Below are positions 26,508 to 42,700 of a stretch of 64,000 nt of DNA, one piece after another (positions within the stretch are counted from its first letter, which is position 1; each line of letters starts with the position of its first letter). The translations under genes and the position numbers were made by a program. The notes beneath the pieces are model-generated. The model had not been told where the DNA came from and searched no databases. It saw nothing but the letters and a program-made list of their open reading frames with translations. The stretch covers positions 12,400,001 through 12,464,000 of the forward strand of contig OZ059894.1 in the NCBI GenBank assembly GCA_964057225.1. Reading direction: 5' to 3'. The stretch comes from Auanema rhodensis. Lineage: Eukaryota > Animalia > Nematoda.

Positions 26508-29500
26508 GAAAACTTTAGAACAGTTGCAGTGACTCACACTTGAAAACACATGCCAAACCGTTTTTTTTATCTCACAGTACAACAAAAAACTGAGCAACAT
26601 ATGAACATTGTGGTTGAACATGATGAGTCATCATTTACCGAAACGTTCGTATATATTATATGAATCAACTTAACAAATATTTCACCAATATGCCAATACA
26701 ACAACATTTTTTTTTAATGTGAGACAAATTGAAGCCTAATTTGATGAAAACTTTGAAACAGTTGCAGTGACTCACACATGAAAACACATGCCAAACCGTT
26801 TTTTTTATCTCACAGTATAACAAGTAACTGAACAACATAAGCACGTCAAGGTTAAACAAGATTGATCATAATTTAACGAAACGTTTAAATATATGAATGA
26901 ACTCAACAATTATTTTACCAATATGCCAATACAACAACTTTCTCTAATGTGAGACAAATTGAAGCCTAAGTTGATGAGAACTTTGGAGCAGTTGCAGTGA
27001 CTCACACATGAAAACACATGCCAAACCGTTTTTTTTATCTCACAGTATAACAAGTAACTGAACAACATAAGCACGTCAAGGTTAAACAAGATTGATCATA
27101 ATTTAACGAAACGTTTAAATATATGAATGAACTTAACTATTATCTCAATAATATGCCAATAGAACAACTTTTTTTAATGTGAGACAGATTGCAGCATAAT
27201 TTTATGAGAACTTTAGAACTGTTGCAGTGACTCACACATGAAAACACATGCCAAACCGTTTTTTCTATCTTACAGTATAACAAGTAACTGAACAACATAA
27301 GCTCGTCGAGGTTAAACAAGATTGATCATCATTTAACGAAACGTTTAAATATATGAATGAACTTAACAATTATTTTACCAATATGCCAATGCAACAACTT
27401 TTTCTAATGTGAGACAAATTGAAGCCTAAGTTGATGAGAACTTTGTAACAGTTGCAGTGACCCACACATGAAAACACATGCCAAACCGTTTTTTCTATCT
27501 CACAGTATAACAAGTAACTGAACAACATAAGCTCGTCGAGGTTAAACAAGATTGACAATCATTTAACGAAACGTTTAAATATATGAATGAACTTAACAAT
27601 TATTTTACCAATATGCCAATGCAACAACTTTTTCTAATGTGAGACAAATTGAAGCATAATTTGATGAGAACTTTAGAACAGTTGCAGTGACTCACACATG
27701 AAAACACATGCCAAACCGTTTTTTCTATCTTACAGTATAACAAGTAACTGAACAACATAAGCTCGTCGAGGTTAAACAAGATTGATCATCATTTAACGAA
27801 ACGTTTAAATATATGAATGAACTTAACAATTATTTTACCAATATGCCAATGCAACAACTTTTTCTAATGTGAGACAAATTGAAGCCTAAGTTGATGAGAA
27901 CTTTGTAACAGTTGCAGTGACCCACACATGAAAACACATGCCAAACCGTTTTTTCTATCTCACATTATAACAAGTAACTGAACAACATAAGCACGTCAAG
28001 GTTAAACAAGATTGATCATCATTTAACGAAACGTTCAAATATATGAATGAACTCAACAATTATTTTACCAATATGCCAATGCAACAACTTTTTCTAATGT
28101 GAGACAAATTGAAGCCTAAGTTGATGAGAACTTTGTAACAGTTGCAGTGACCCACACATGAAAACACATGCCAAACCGTTTTTTCTATCTCACATTATAA
28201 CAAGTAACTGAACAACATAAGCACGTCAAGGTTAAACAAGATTGATCATCATTTAACGAAACGTTTAAATATATGAATGAACTCAACAATTATTTTACCA
28301 ATATGCCAATGCAACAACTTTTTCTAATGTGAGACAAATTGAAGCCTAAGTTGATGAGAACTTTGGAACAGTTGCAGTGACCCACACATGAAAACACATG
28401 CCAAACCGTTTTTTCTATCTCACATTATAACAAGTAACTGAACAACATAAGCACATCGAGGTTAAACGAGATTGATCATCATTAAACGAAACGTTTGTAT
28501 ATATGAATGAACTTAACTATTATTTCACCAATATGCCAATACAACAACTTTTTTTAATGTGAGACAAATTGCAGCATAATTGGATGAGAACTTTAGAACA
28601 GTTGCAGTGACTCACACTTGAAAACACATGCCAAACCGTTTTTTTTATCTCACAGTACAACAAAAAACTGAGCAACATATGAACATTGTGGTTGAACATG
28701 ATGAGTCATCATTTACCGAAACGTTCGTATATATTATATGAATCAACTTAACAAATATTTCACCAATATGCCAATACAACAACATTTTTTTTTAATGTGA
28801 GACAAATTGAAGCCTAATTTGATGAAAACTTTGAAACAGTTGCAGTGACTCACACATGAAAACACATGCCAAACCGTTTTTTCTATCTCACAGTATAACA
28901 AGTAACTGAACAACATAAGCACGTCAAGGTTAAACAAGATTGATCATATTTTAACGGAACGTTTAAATATATGAATGAACTTAACTATTATCTCAATAAT
29001 ATGCCAATAGAACAACTTTTTTTAATATGAGACAGATTGCAGCATAATTTGATGAGAACTTTAGAACAGTTGCAGTGACTCACACATGAAAACACATGCC
29101 AAACCGTTTTTTCTATCTCACATTATAACAAGTAACTGAACAACATAAGCACGTCAAGGTTAAACAAGATTGATCATCATTTAACGAAACGTTTAAATAT
29201 ATGAATGAACTCAACAATTATTTTACCAATATGCCAATGCAACAACTTTTTCTAATGTGAGACAAATTGAAGCCTAAGTTGATGAGAACTTTGTAACAGT
29301 TGCAGTGACCCACACATGAAAACACATGCCAAACCGTTTTTTCTATCTCACATTATAACAAGTAACTGAACAACATAAGCACGTCAAGGTTAAACAAGAT
29401 TGATCATCATTTAACGAAACGTTTAAATATATGAATGAACTCAACAATTATTTTACCAATATGCCAATGCAACAACTTTTTCTAATGTGAGACAAATTGA

Positions 29501-30489
29501 AGCCTAAGTTGATGTGAACTTTGGAACAGTTGCAGTGACTCACACTTGCAAACACATGCCGAACCGTTTTTTTTATCTCACAGTACAACAAAAAACTGAG
29601 CAACATATGAACATTGTGGTTGAACATGATGAGTCATCATTTACCGAAACGTTCGTATATATTATATGAATCAACTTAACAAATATTTCACCAATATGCC
29701 AATACAACAACATTTTTTTTAATGTGAGACAAATCGAAGCCTAATTTGATGAAAACTTTGAAACAGTTGTAGTGACTCACACATGAAAACACATGCCAAA
29801 CCGTTTTTTCTATCTCACATTATAACAAGTAACTGAACAACATAAGCACGTCAAGGTTAAACAAGATTGATCATCATTTAACGAAACGTTTAAATATATG
29901 AATGAACTTAACTATTATCTCACCAATATGCCAATAGAACAACTTTTTTTAATGTGAGACAGATTGCAGCATAATTTGATGAGAACTTTAGAACAGTTGC
30001 AGTGACTCACACATGAAAACACATGCCAAACCGTTTTTTCTATCTTACAGTATAACAAGTTACTGAACAACATAAGCTCGTCGAGGTTAAACAAGATTGA
30101 TCATCATTTAACGAAACGTTTAAATATATGAATGAACTTAACAATTATTTTACCAATATGCCAATGCAACAACTTTTTCTAATGTGAGACAAATTGAAGC
30201 CTAAGTTGATGAGAACTTTGTAACAGTTGCAGTGACCCACACATGAAAACACATGCCAAACCGTTTTTTTTATCTCACAGTACAACAAAAAACTGAGCAA
30301 CATATGAACATTGTGGTTGAACATGATGAGTCATCATTTACCGAAACGTTCGTATATATTATATGAATCAACTTAACAAATATTTCACCAATATGCCAAT
30401 ACAACAACATTTTTTTTTAATGTGAGACAAATTGAAGCCTAATTTGATGAAAACTTTGAAACAGTTGCAGTGACTCACACATGAAAACA

Positions 30490-33400
30490 CATGCCAAACC
30501 GTTTTTTCTATCTCGCAGTATAACAAGTATCTGATCAACATAAGCACGTCAAGGTTAAACAAGATTGATCATAATTTAACGAAACATTTAAATATATGAA
30601 TGAACTTAACAAATATTTCACCAATATGCCAATACAACAACATTTTTTTTTAATGTGAGACAAATTGAAGCCTAATTTGATGAAAACTTTGAAACAGTTG
30701 CAGTGACTCACACTTGAAAACACATGATGAACCGTTTTTTTTATCTCACAGTATAACAAGTAACTGAACAACATAAGCACGTCAAGGTTAAACAAGATTG
30801 ATCATAATTTAACGAAACGTTTAAATATATGAATGAACTTAACTATTATCTCACCAATATGCCAATAGAACAACTTTTTTTAATGTGAGACAGATTGCAG
30901 CATAATTTGATGAGAACTTTAGAACAGTTGCAGTGACTCACACATGAAAACACATGCCAAACCGTTTTTTCTATCTTACAGTATAACAAGTAACTGAACA
31001 ACATAAGCTCGTCGAGGTTAAACAAGATTGATCATCATTTAACAAAACGTTTAAATAAATGAATGAACTTAACAATTATTTTACCAATATGCCAATGCAA
31101 CAACTTTTTCTAATGTGAGACAAATTGAAGCCTAAGTTGATGAGAACTTTGTAACAGTTGCAGTGACCCACACATGAAAACACATGCCAAACCGTTTTTT
31201 CTATCTCACATTATAACAAGTAACCGAACAACATAAGCACGTCAAGGTTAAACAAGATTGATCATCATTTAACGAAACGTTTAAATATATGAATGAACTC
31301 AACAATTATTTTACCAATATGCCAATGCAACAACTTTTTCTAATGTGAGACAAATTGAAGCCTAAGTTGATGAGAACTTTGTAACAGTTGCAGTGCCCCA
31401 CACATGGAAACACATGCCAAACCGTTTTTTCTATCTCACATTATAACAAGTAACTGAACAACATGAGCACGTCAAGGTTAAACAAGATTGATCATCATTT
31501 AACGAAACGTTTAAATATATGAATGAACTCAACAATTATTTTACCAATATGCCAATGCAACAACTTTTTCTAATGTGAGACAAATTGAAGCCTAAGTTGA
31601 TGTGAACTTTGGAACAGTTGCAGTGACTCACACTTGAAAACACATGCCGAACCGTTTTTTTTATCTCACAGTACAACAAAAAACTGAGCAACATATGAAC
31701 ATTGTGGTTGAACATGATGAGTCATCATTTACCGAAACGTTCGTATATATTATATGAATCAACTTAACAAATATTTCACCAATATGCCAATACAACAACA
31801 TTTTTTTTAATGTGAGACAAATTGAAGCTTAAGTTGATGAGAACTTTGGAACAGTTGCAGTGACCCACACATGAAAACACATGCCAAACCGTTTTTTCTA
31901 TCTCACATTATAAGAAGTAACTGAACAACATAAGCACGTCAAGGTTAAACAAGATTGATCATCATTTAACGAAACGTTTAAATATATGAATGAACTTAAC
32001 TATTATTTCACCAATATGCCAATACAACAACTTTTTTTTAATGTGAGACAAATTGCAGCATAATTGGATGAGAACTTTAGAACAGTTGCAGTGACTCACA
32101 CTTGAAAACACATGCCAAACCGTTTTTTTTATCTCACAGTACAACAAAAAACTGAGCAACATATGAACATTGTGGTTGAACATGATGAGTCATCATTTAC
32201 CGAAACGTTCGTATATATTATATAAATCAACTTAACAAATATTTCACCAATATGCCAATACAACAACATTTTTTTTTAATGTGAGACAAATTGAAGCCTA
32301 ATTTGATGAAAACTTTGAAACAGTTGCAGTGACTCACACATGAAAACACATGCCAAACCGTTTTTTCTATCTCACAGTATAACAAGTAACTGAACAACAT
32401 AAGCACGTCAAGGTTAAACAAGATTGATCATAATTTAACGAAACGTTTAAATATATGAATGAACTTAACTATTATCTCACCAATATGCCAATAGAACAAC
32501 TTTTTTTAATGTGAGACAGATTGCAGCATAATTTGATGAGAACTTTAGAACAGTTGCAGTGACTCACACATGAAAACACATGCCAAACCGTTTTTTCTAT
32601 CTTACAGTATAACAAGTAACTGAACAACATAAGCTCGTCGAGGTTAAACAAGATTGATCATCATTTAACGAAACGTTTAAATATATGAATGAACTTAACA
32701 ATTATTTTACCAATATGCCAATGCAACAACTTTTTCTAATGTGAGACAAATTGAAGCCTAATTTGATGAAAACTTTGAAACAGTTGCAGTGACTCACACA
32801 TGAAAACACATGCCAAACCGTTTTTTCTATCTCACAGTATAACAAGTAACTGAACAACATAAGCACGTCAAGGTTAAACAAGATTGATCATAATTTAACG
32901 AAACGTTTAAATATATGAATGAACTTAACTATTATCTCACCAATATGCCAATAGAACAACTTTTTTTAATGTGAGACAGATTGCAGCATAATTTGATGAG
33001 AACTTTAGAACAGTTGCAGTGACTCACACATGAAAACACATGCCAAACCGTTTTTTCTATCTTACAGTATAACAAGTAACTGAACAACATAAGCTCGTCG
33101 AGGTTAAACAAGATTGATCATCATTTAACGAAACGTTTAAATATATGAATGAACTTAACAATTATTTTACCAATATGCCAATGCAACAACTTTTTCTAAT
33201 GTGAGACAAATTGAAGCCTAAGTTGATGAGAACTTTGTAACAGTTGCAGTGACCCACACATGAAAACACATGCCAAACCGTTTTTTTTATCTCACAGTAC
33301 AACAAAAAACTGAGCAACATATGAACATTGTGGTTGAACATGATGAGTCATCATTTACCGAAACGTTCGTATATATTATATGAATCAACTTAACAAATAT

Positions 33401-36400
33401 TTCACCAATATGCCAATACAACAACATTTTTTCTTAATGTGAGACAAATTGAAGCCTAATTTGATGAAAACTTTGAAACAGTTGCAGTGACTCACACATG
33501 AAAACACATGCCAAACCGTTTTTTCTATCTCACAGTATAACAAGTAACTGAACAACATAAGCACGTCAAGGTTAAACAAGATTGATCATAATTTAACGAA
33601 ACGTTTAAATATATGAATGAACTTAACAAATATTTCACCAATATGCCAATACAACAACATTTTTTTTTAATGTGAGACAAATTGAAGCCTAATTCGATGA
33701 AAACTTTGAAACAGTTGCAGTGACTCACACTTGAAAACACATGCCGAACCGTTTTTTTTATCTCACAGTATAACAAGTAACTGAACAACATAAGCACGTC
33801 AAGGTTAAACAAGATTGATCATAATTTAACGAAACGTTTAAATATATGAATGAACTTAACTATTATCTCACCAATATGCCAATGCAACAACTTTTTCTAA
33901 TGTGAGACAAATTGAAGCCTAAGTTGATGAGAACTTTGTAACAGTTGCAGTGACCCACACATGAAAACACATGCCAAACCGTTTTTTCTATCTCACATTA
34001 TAACAAGTGACTGAACAACATAAGCACGTCAAGGTTAAACAAGATTGATCATCATTTAACGAAACGTTTAAATATATGAATGAACTCAACAATTATTTTA
34101 CCAATATGCCAATGCAACAACTTTTTCTAATGTGAGACGAATTGAAGCCTAAGTTGATGTGAACTTTGGAACAGTTGCAGTGACTCACACTTGAAAACAC
34201 ATGCCGAACCGTTTTTTTTATCTCACAGTACAACAAAAAACTGAGCAACATATGAACATTGTGGTTGAACATGATGAGTCATCATTTACCGAAACGTTCG
34301 TATATATTATATGAATCAACTTAACAAATATTTCACCAATATGCCAATACAACAACATTTTTTTTAATGTGAGACAAATTGAAGCCTAATTTGATGAAAA
34401 CTTTGAAACAGTTGTAGCGACTCACACATGAAAACACATGCCAAACCGTTTTTTCTATCTCACATTATAACAAGTAACTGAACAACATAAGCACGTCAAG
34501 GTTAAACAAGATTGATCATCATTTAACGAAACGTTTAAATATATGAATGAACTCAACAATTATTTTACCAATATGCCAATGCAACAACTTTTTCTAATGT
34601 GAGACAAATTGAAGCCTAAGTTGATGAGAACTTTAGAACAGTTGCAGTGACTCACACTTGAAAACACATGCCAAACCGTTTTTTTTATCTCACAGTACAA
34701 CGAATAACTGAGCAACATATGAACATTGAGGTTGAACATGATGAGTCATCATTTACCGAAACGTTCGTATATATTATATGAATCAACTTAACAAATATTT
34801 CACCAATATGCCAATACAACAACATTTTTTTTTAATGTGAGACAAATTGAAGCCTAATTTGATGAAAACTTTGAAACAGTTGCAGTGACTCACACATGAA
34901 AACACATGCCAAACCGTTTTTTCTATCTCACAGTATAACAAGTAACTGAACAACATAAGCACGTCAAGGTTAAACAAGATTGATCATAATTTAACGAAAC
35001 GTTTAAATATATGAATGAACTTAACTATTATCTCACCAATATGCCAATAGAACAACTTTTTTTAATGTGAGACAGATTGCAGCATAATTTGATGAGAACT
35101 TTAGAACAGTTGCAGTGACTCACACATGAAAACACATGCCAAACCGTTTTTTCTATCTTACAGTATAACAAGTAACTGAACAACATAAGCTCGTCGAGGT
35201 TAAACAAGATTGATCACCATTTAACGAAACGTTTAAATATATGAATGAACTTAACAATTATTTTACCAATATGCCAATGCAACAACTTTTTCTAATGTGA
35301 GACAAATTGAAGCCTAATTTGATGAAAACTTTGAAACAGTTGCAGTGACTCACACATGAAAACACATGCCAAACCGTTTTTTCTATCTCACAGTATAACA
35401 AGTATCTGAACAACATAAGCACGTCAAGGTTAAACAAGATTGATCATAATTTAACGAAACATTTAAATATATGAATGAACTTAACAAATATTTCACCAAT
35501 ATGCCAATACAACAACATTTTTTTTTAATGTGAGACAAATTGAAGCCTAATTTGATGAAAACTTTGAAACAGTTGCAGTGACTCACACTTGAAAACACAT
35601 GATGAACCGTTTTTTTTATCTCACAGTATAACAAGTAACTGAACAACATAAGCACGTCAAGGTTAAACAAGATTGATCATAATTTAACGAAACGTTTAAA
35701 TATATGAATGAACTTAACTATTATCTCACCAATATGCCAATAGAACAACTTTTTTTAATGTGAGACAGATTGCAGCATAATTTGATGAGAACTTTAGAAC
35801 AGTTGCAGTGACTCACACATGAAAACACATGCCAAACCGTTTTTTCTATCTTACAGTATAACAAGTAACTGAACAACATAAGCTCGTCGAGGTTAAACAA
35901 GATTGATCATCATTTAACAAAACGTTTAAATATATGAATGAACTTAACAATTATTTTACCAATATGCCAATGCAACAACTTTTTCTAATGTGAGACAAAT
36001 TGAAGCCTAAGTTGATGAGAACTTTGTAACAGTTGCAGTGCCCCACACATGGAAACACATGCCAAACCGTTTTTTCTATCTCACATTATAACAAGTAACT
36101 GAACAACATGAGCACGTCAAGGTTAAACAAGATTGATCATCATTTAACGAAACGTTTAAATATATGAATGAACTCAACAATTATTTTACCAATATGCCAA
36201 TGCAACAACTTTTTCTAATGTGAGACAAATTGAAGCCTAAGTTGATGTGAACTTTGGAACAGTTGCAGTGACTCACACTTGAAAACACATGCCGAACCGT
36301 TTTTTTTATCTCACAGTACAACAAAAAACTGAGCAACATATGAACATTGTGGTTGAACATGATGAGTCATCATTTACCGAAACGTTCGTATATATTATAT

Positions 36401-39400
36401 GAATCAACTTAACAAATATTTCACCAATATGCCAATACAACAACATTTTTTTTAATGTGAGACAAATTGAAGCTTAAGTTGATGAGAACTTTGGAACAGT
36501 TGCAGTGACCCACACATGAAAACACATGCCAAACCGTTTTTTCTATCTCACATTATAAGAAGTAACTGAACAACATAAGCACGTCAAGGTTAAACAAGAT
36601 TGATCATCATTTAACGAAACGTTTGAATATATGAATGAACTTAACTATTATTTCACCAATATGCCAATACAACAACTTTTTTTAATGTGAGACAAATTGC
36701 AGCATAATTGGATGAGAACTTTAGAACAGTTGCAGTGACTCACACTTGAAAACACATGCCAAACCGTTTTTTTTATCTCACAGTACAACAAAAAACTGAG
36801 CAACATATGAACATTGTGGTTGAACATGATGAGTCATCATTTACCGAAACGTTCGTATATATTATATAAATCAACTTAACAAATATTTCACCAATATGCC
36901 AATACAACAACATTTTTTTTTAATGTGAGACAAATTGAAGCCTAATTTGATGAAAACTTTGAAACAGTTGCAGTGACTCACACATGAAAACACATGCCAA
37001 ACCGTTTTTTCTATCTCACAGTATAACAAGTAACTGAACAACATAAGCACGTCAAGGTTAAACAAGATTGATCATAATTTAACGAAACGTTTAAATATAT
37101 GAATGAACTTAACTATTATCTCACCAATATGCCAATAGAACAACTTTTTTTAATGTGAGACAGATTGCAGCATAATTTGATGAGAACTTTAGAACAGTTG
37201 CAGTGACTCACACATGAAAACACATGCCAAACCGTTTTTTCTATCTTACAGTATAACAAGTAACTGAACAACATAAGCTCGTCGAGGTTAAACAAGATTG
37301 ATCATCATTTAACGAAACGTTTAAATATATGAATGAACTTAACAATTATTTTACCAATATGCCAATGCAACAACTTTTTCTAATGTGAGACAAATTGAAG
37401 CCTAATTTGATGAAAACTTTGAAACAGTTGCAGTGACTCACACATGAAAACACATGCCAAACCGTTTTTTCTATCTCACAGTATAACAAGTAACTGAACA
37501 ACATAAGCACGTCAAGGTTAAACAAGATTGATCATAATTTAACGAAACGTTTAAATATATGAATGAACTTAACTATTATCTCACCAATATGCCAATAGAA
37601 CAACTTTTTTTAATGTGAGACAGATTGCAGCATAATTTGATGAGAACTTTAGAACAGTTGCAGTGACTCACACATGAAAACACATGCCAAACCGTTTTTT
37701 CTATCTTACAGTATAACAAGTAACTGAACAACATAAGCTCGTCGAGGTTAAACAAGATTGATCATCATTTAACGAAACGTTTAAATATATGAATGAACTT
37801 AACAATTATTTTACCAATATGCCAATGCAACAACTTTTTCTAATGTGAGACAAATTGAAGCCTAAGTTGATGAGAACTTTGTAACAGTTGCAGTGACCCA
37901 CACATGAAAACACATGCCAAACCGTTTTTTTTATCTCACAGTACAACAAAAAACTGAGCAACATATGAACATTGTGGTTGAACATGATGAGTCATCATTT
38001 ACCGAAACGTTCGTATATATTATATGAATCAACTTAACAAATATTTCACCAATATGCCAATACAACAACATTTTTTCTTAATGTGAGACAAATTGAAGCC
38101 TAATTTGATGAAAACTTTGAAACAGTTGCAGTGACTCACACATGAAAACACATGCCAAACCGTTTTTTCTATCTCACAGTATAACAAGTAACTGAACAAC
38201 ATAAGCACGTCAAGGTTAAACAAGATTGATCATAATTTAACGAAACGTTTAAATATATGAATGAACTTAACAAATATTTCACCAATATGCCAATACAACA
38301 ACATTTTTTTTTAATGTGAGACAAATTGAAGCCTAATTCGATGAAAACTTTGAAACAGTTGCAGTGACTCACACTTGAAAACACATGCCGAACCGTTTTT
38401 TTTATCTCACAGTATAACAAGTAACTGAACAACATAAGCACGTCAAGGTTAAACAAGATTGATCATAATTTAACGAAACGTTTAAATATATGAATGAACT
38501 TAACTATTATCTCACCAATATGCCAATGCAACAACTTTTTCTAATGTGAGACAAATTGAAGCCTAAGTTGATGAGAACTTTGTAACAGTTGCAGTGACCC
38601 ACACATGAAAACACATGCCAAACCGTTTTTTCTATCTCACATTATAACAAGTGACTGAACAACATAAGCACGTCAAGGTTAAACAAGATTGATCATCATT
38701 TAACGAAACGTTTAAATATATGAATGAACTCAACAATTATTTTACCAATATGCCAATGCAACAACTTTTTCTAATGTGAGACGAATTGAAGCCTAAGTTG
38801 ATGTGAACTTTGGAACAGTTGCAGTGACTCACACTTGAAAACACATGCCGAACCGTTTTTTTTATCTCACAGTACAACAAAAAACTGAGCAACATATGAA
38901 CATTCTGGTTGAACATGATGAGTCATCATTTACCGAGACGTTCGTATATATTATATGAATCAACTTAACAAATATTTCACCAATATGCCAATACAACAAC
39001 ATTTTTTTTAATGTGAGACAAATTGAAGCCTAATTTGATGAAAACTTTGAAACAGTTGTAGCGACTCACACATGAAAACACATGCCAAACCGTTTTTTCT
39101 ATCTCACATTATAACAAGTAACTGAACAACATAAGCACGTCAAGGTTAAACAAGATTGATCATCATTTAACGAAACGTTTAAATATATGAATGAACTCAA
39201 CAATTATTTTACCAATATGCCAATGCAACAACTTTTTCTAATGTGAGACAAATTGAAGCCTAAGTTGATGAGAACTTTAGAACAGTTGCAGTGACTCACA
39301 CTTGAAAACACATGCCAAACCGTTTTTTTTATCTCACAGTACAACGAATAACTGAGCAACATATGAACATTGGGGTTGAACATGATGAGTCATCATTTAC

Positions 39401-39790
39401 CGAAACGTTCGTATATATTATATGAATCAACTTAACAAATATTTCACCAATATGCCAATACAACAACATTTTTTTTTAATGTGAGACAAATTGAAGCCTA
39501 ATTTGATGAAAACTTTGAAACAGTTGCAGTGACTCACACATGAAAACACATGCCAAACCGTTTTTTCTATCTCACAGTATAACAAGTAACTGAACAACAT
39601 AAGCACGTCAAGGTTAAACAAGATTGATCATAATTTAACGAAACGTTTAAATATATGAATGAACTTAACTATTATCTCACCAATATGCCAATAGAACAAC
39701 TTTTTTTAATGTGAGACAGATTGCAGCATAATTTGATGAGAACTTTAGAACAGTTGCAGTGACTCACACATGAAAACACATGCCAAACCG
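30490..39790 (+). repeat. Tandem duplication of a ~4875-bp (21-monomer) unit; second copy lacks one monomer (offset 4875, then 4644-4645)
   Basis: ORF pairs 32227/36871, 33385/38029, 33525/38169 and 34783/39427 are all +4644. 'catgatgaacc' recurs at +4875. Private 'cagtgcccca' lies at 31391 and 36036. Confidence 0.88.
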
Positions 39791-42700
39791 TTTTTTCTAT
39801 CTCACATTATAACAAGTGACTGAACAACATAAGCACGTCAAGGTTAAACAAGATTGATCATCATTTAACGAAACGTTTAAATATATGAATGAACTCAACA
39901 ATTATTTTACCAATATGCCAATGCAACAACTTTTTCTAATGTGAGACAAATTGAAGCCTAAGTTGATGAGAACTTTGTAACAGTTGCAGTGACCCACACA
40001 TGAAAACACATGCCAAACCGTTTTTTCTATCTCACATTATAACAAGTAACTAAACAACATAAGCACGTCAAGGTTAAACAAGATTGATCATCATTTAACG
40101 AAACGTTTAAATAAATGAATGAACTCAACAATTATTTTACCAATATGCCAATGCAACAACTTTTTCTAATGTGAGACAAATTGAAGCCTAAGTTGATGAG
40201 AACTTTGTAACAGTTGCAGTGACCCACACATGAAAACACATGCCAAACCGTTTTTTCTATCTCACATTATAACAAGTAACTGAACAGCATAAGCACGTCA
40301 AGGTTAAACAAGATTGATCATCATTTAACGAAACGTTTAAATATATGAATGAACTCAACAATTATTTTACCAATATGCCAATGCAACAACTTTTTCTAAT
40401 GTGAGACAAATTGAAGCCTAAGTTGATGAGAACTTTGGAACAGTTGCAGTGACTCACACATGAAAACACATGCCAAACCGTTTTTTCTATCTCACAGTAT
40501 AACAAGTAACTGAACAACATAAGCACGTCAAGGTTAAACAAGATTGATCATAATTTAACGAAACGTTTAAATATATGAATGAACTTAACTATTATTTCAC
40601 CAATATGCCAATACAACAACTTTTTTTAATGTGAGACGAATTGCAGCATAATTTGATGAGAACTTTAGAACAGTTGCAGTGACTCACACATGAAAACACA
40701 TGCCAAACCGTTTTTTCTATCTCACAGTATAACAAGTAACTGAACAACATAAGCACGTCAAGGTTAAACAAGATTGATCATAATTTAACGAAACGTTTAA
40801 ATATATGAATGAACTTAACTATTATTTCACCAATATGCCAATACAACAACTTTTTTTAATGTGAGACGAATTGCAGCATAATTTGATGAGAACTTTGGAA
40901 CAGTTGCAGTGACCCACACATGAAAACACATGCCAAACCGTTTTTTCTATCTCACATTATAACAAGTAACTGAACAACATAAGCACATCGAGGTTTAACA
41001 AGATTGATCATCATTCAACGAAACGTTTAAATATATGAATGAACTCAATAATTATTTTACCAATATGCCAATGCAACAACTTTTTCTATTGTGAGACAAA
41101 TTGAAGCCTAAGTTGATGAGAACTTTGGAACAGTTGCAGTGACTTACACATGAAAACACATGCCAAACCGTTTTTTCTATCTCACATTATAACAAGTAAC
41201 TGAACAACATAAGCTCGTCGAGGTTGAACAAGATTGATCATCATTTAACGAAACGTTTAAATATATGAATGAACTCAACAATTATTTTACCAATATGCCA
41301 ATACAACAACATTTTTTTTAATGTGAGACAAATTGAAGCCTAATTTGATGAAAACTTTAGAACAGTTGCAGTGACTCACACATGGAAACACATGCCAAAC
41401 CGTTTTTTCTATCTCACAGTATAACAAGTAACTGAACAACATAAGCTCGTCGAGGTTAAACAAGATTGATCATCATTTAACGAAACGTTTAAATATATGA
41501 ATGAACTTAACAATTATTTTACCAATATGCCAATGCAACAACTTTTTCTAATGTGAGACAAATTGAAGCCTAAGTTGATGAGAACTTTGGAACAGTTGCA
41601 GTGACCCACACATGAAAACACATGCCAAACCGTTTTTTCTATCTCACATTATAACAAGTAACTGAACAACATAAGCACATCGAGGTTAAACGAGATTGAT
41701 CATCATTAAACGAAACGTTTGTATATATGAATGAACTCAACAATTATTTCACCAATATGCCAATACAACAACATTTTTTTTAATGTGAGACAAATTGAAG
41801 CCTAATTTGATGAAAACTTTAGAACAGTTGCAGTGACTCACACATGGAAACACATGCCAAACCGTTTTTTCTATCTCACAGTATAACAAGTAACTGAACA
41901 ACATAAGCTCGTCGAGGTTAAACAAGATTGATCATCATTTAACGAAACGTTTAAATATATGAATGAACTTAACAATTATTTTACCAATATGCCAATGCAA
42001 CAACTTTTTCTAATGTGAGACAAATTGAAGCCTAATTTGATGAAAACTTTGAAACAGTTGTAGCGACTCACACATGGAAACACATGCCAAACCGTTTTTT
42101 CTATCTCACAGTATAACAAGTAACTGAACAACATAAACTCGTCGAGGTTAAACAAGATTGATCATCATTTAACGAAAAGTTTAAATATATGAATGAACTT
42201 AACAAATATTTCACCAATATGCCAATACAACAACATTTTTTTTTAATGTGAGACAAATTGAAGCCTAATTCGATGAAAACTTTGAAACAGTTGCAGTGAC
42301 TCACACTTGAAAACACATGCCGAACCGTTTTTTTTATCTCACAGTATAACAAGTAACTGAACAACATAAGCACGTCAAGGTTAAACAAGATTGATCATCA
42401 TTTAACGAAACGTTTAAATATATGAATGAACTCAACAATTATTTTACCAATATGCCAATGCAACAACTTTTTCTAATGTGAGACAAATTGAAGCCTAAGT
42501 TGATGAGAACTTTGTAACAGTTGCAGTGACCCACACATGAAAACACATGCCAAACCGTTTTTTCTATCTCACATTATAACAAGTAACTGAACAACATAAG
42601 CACGTCAAGGTTAAACAAGATTGATCATCATTTAACGAAACGTTTAAATATATGAATGAACTTAACTATTATCTCAATAATATGCCAATAGAACAACTTT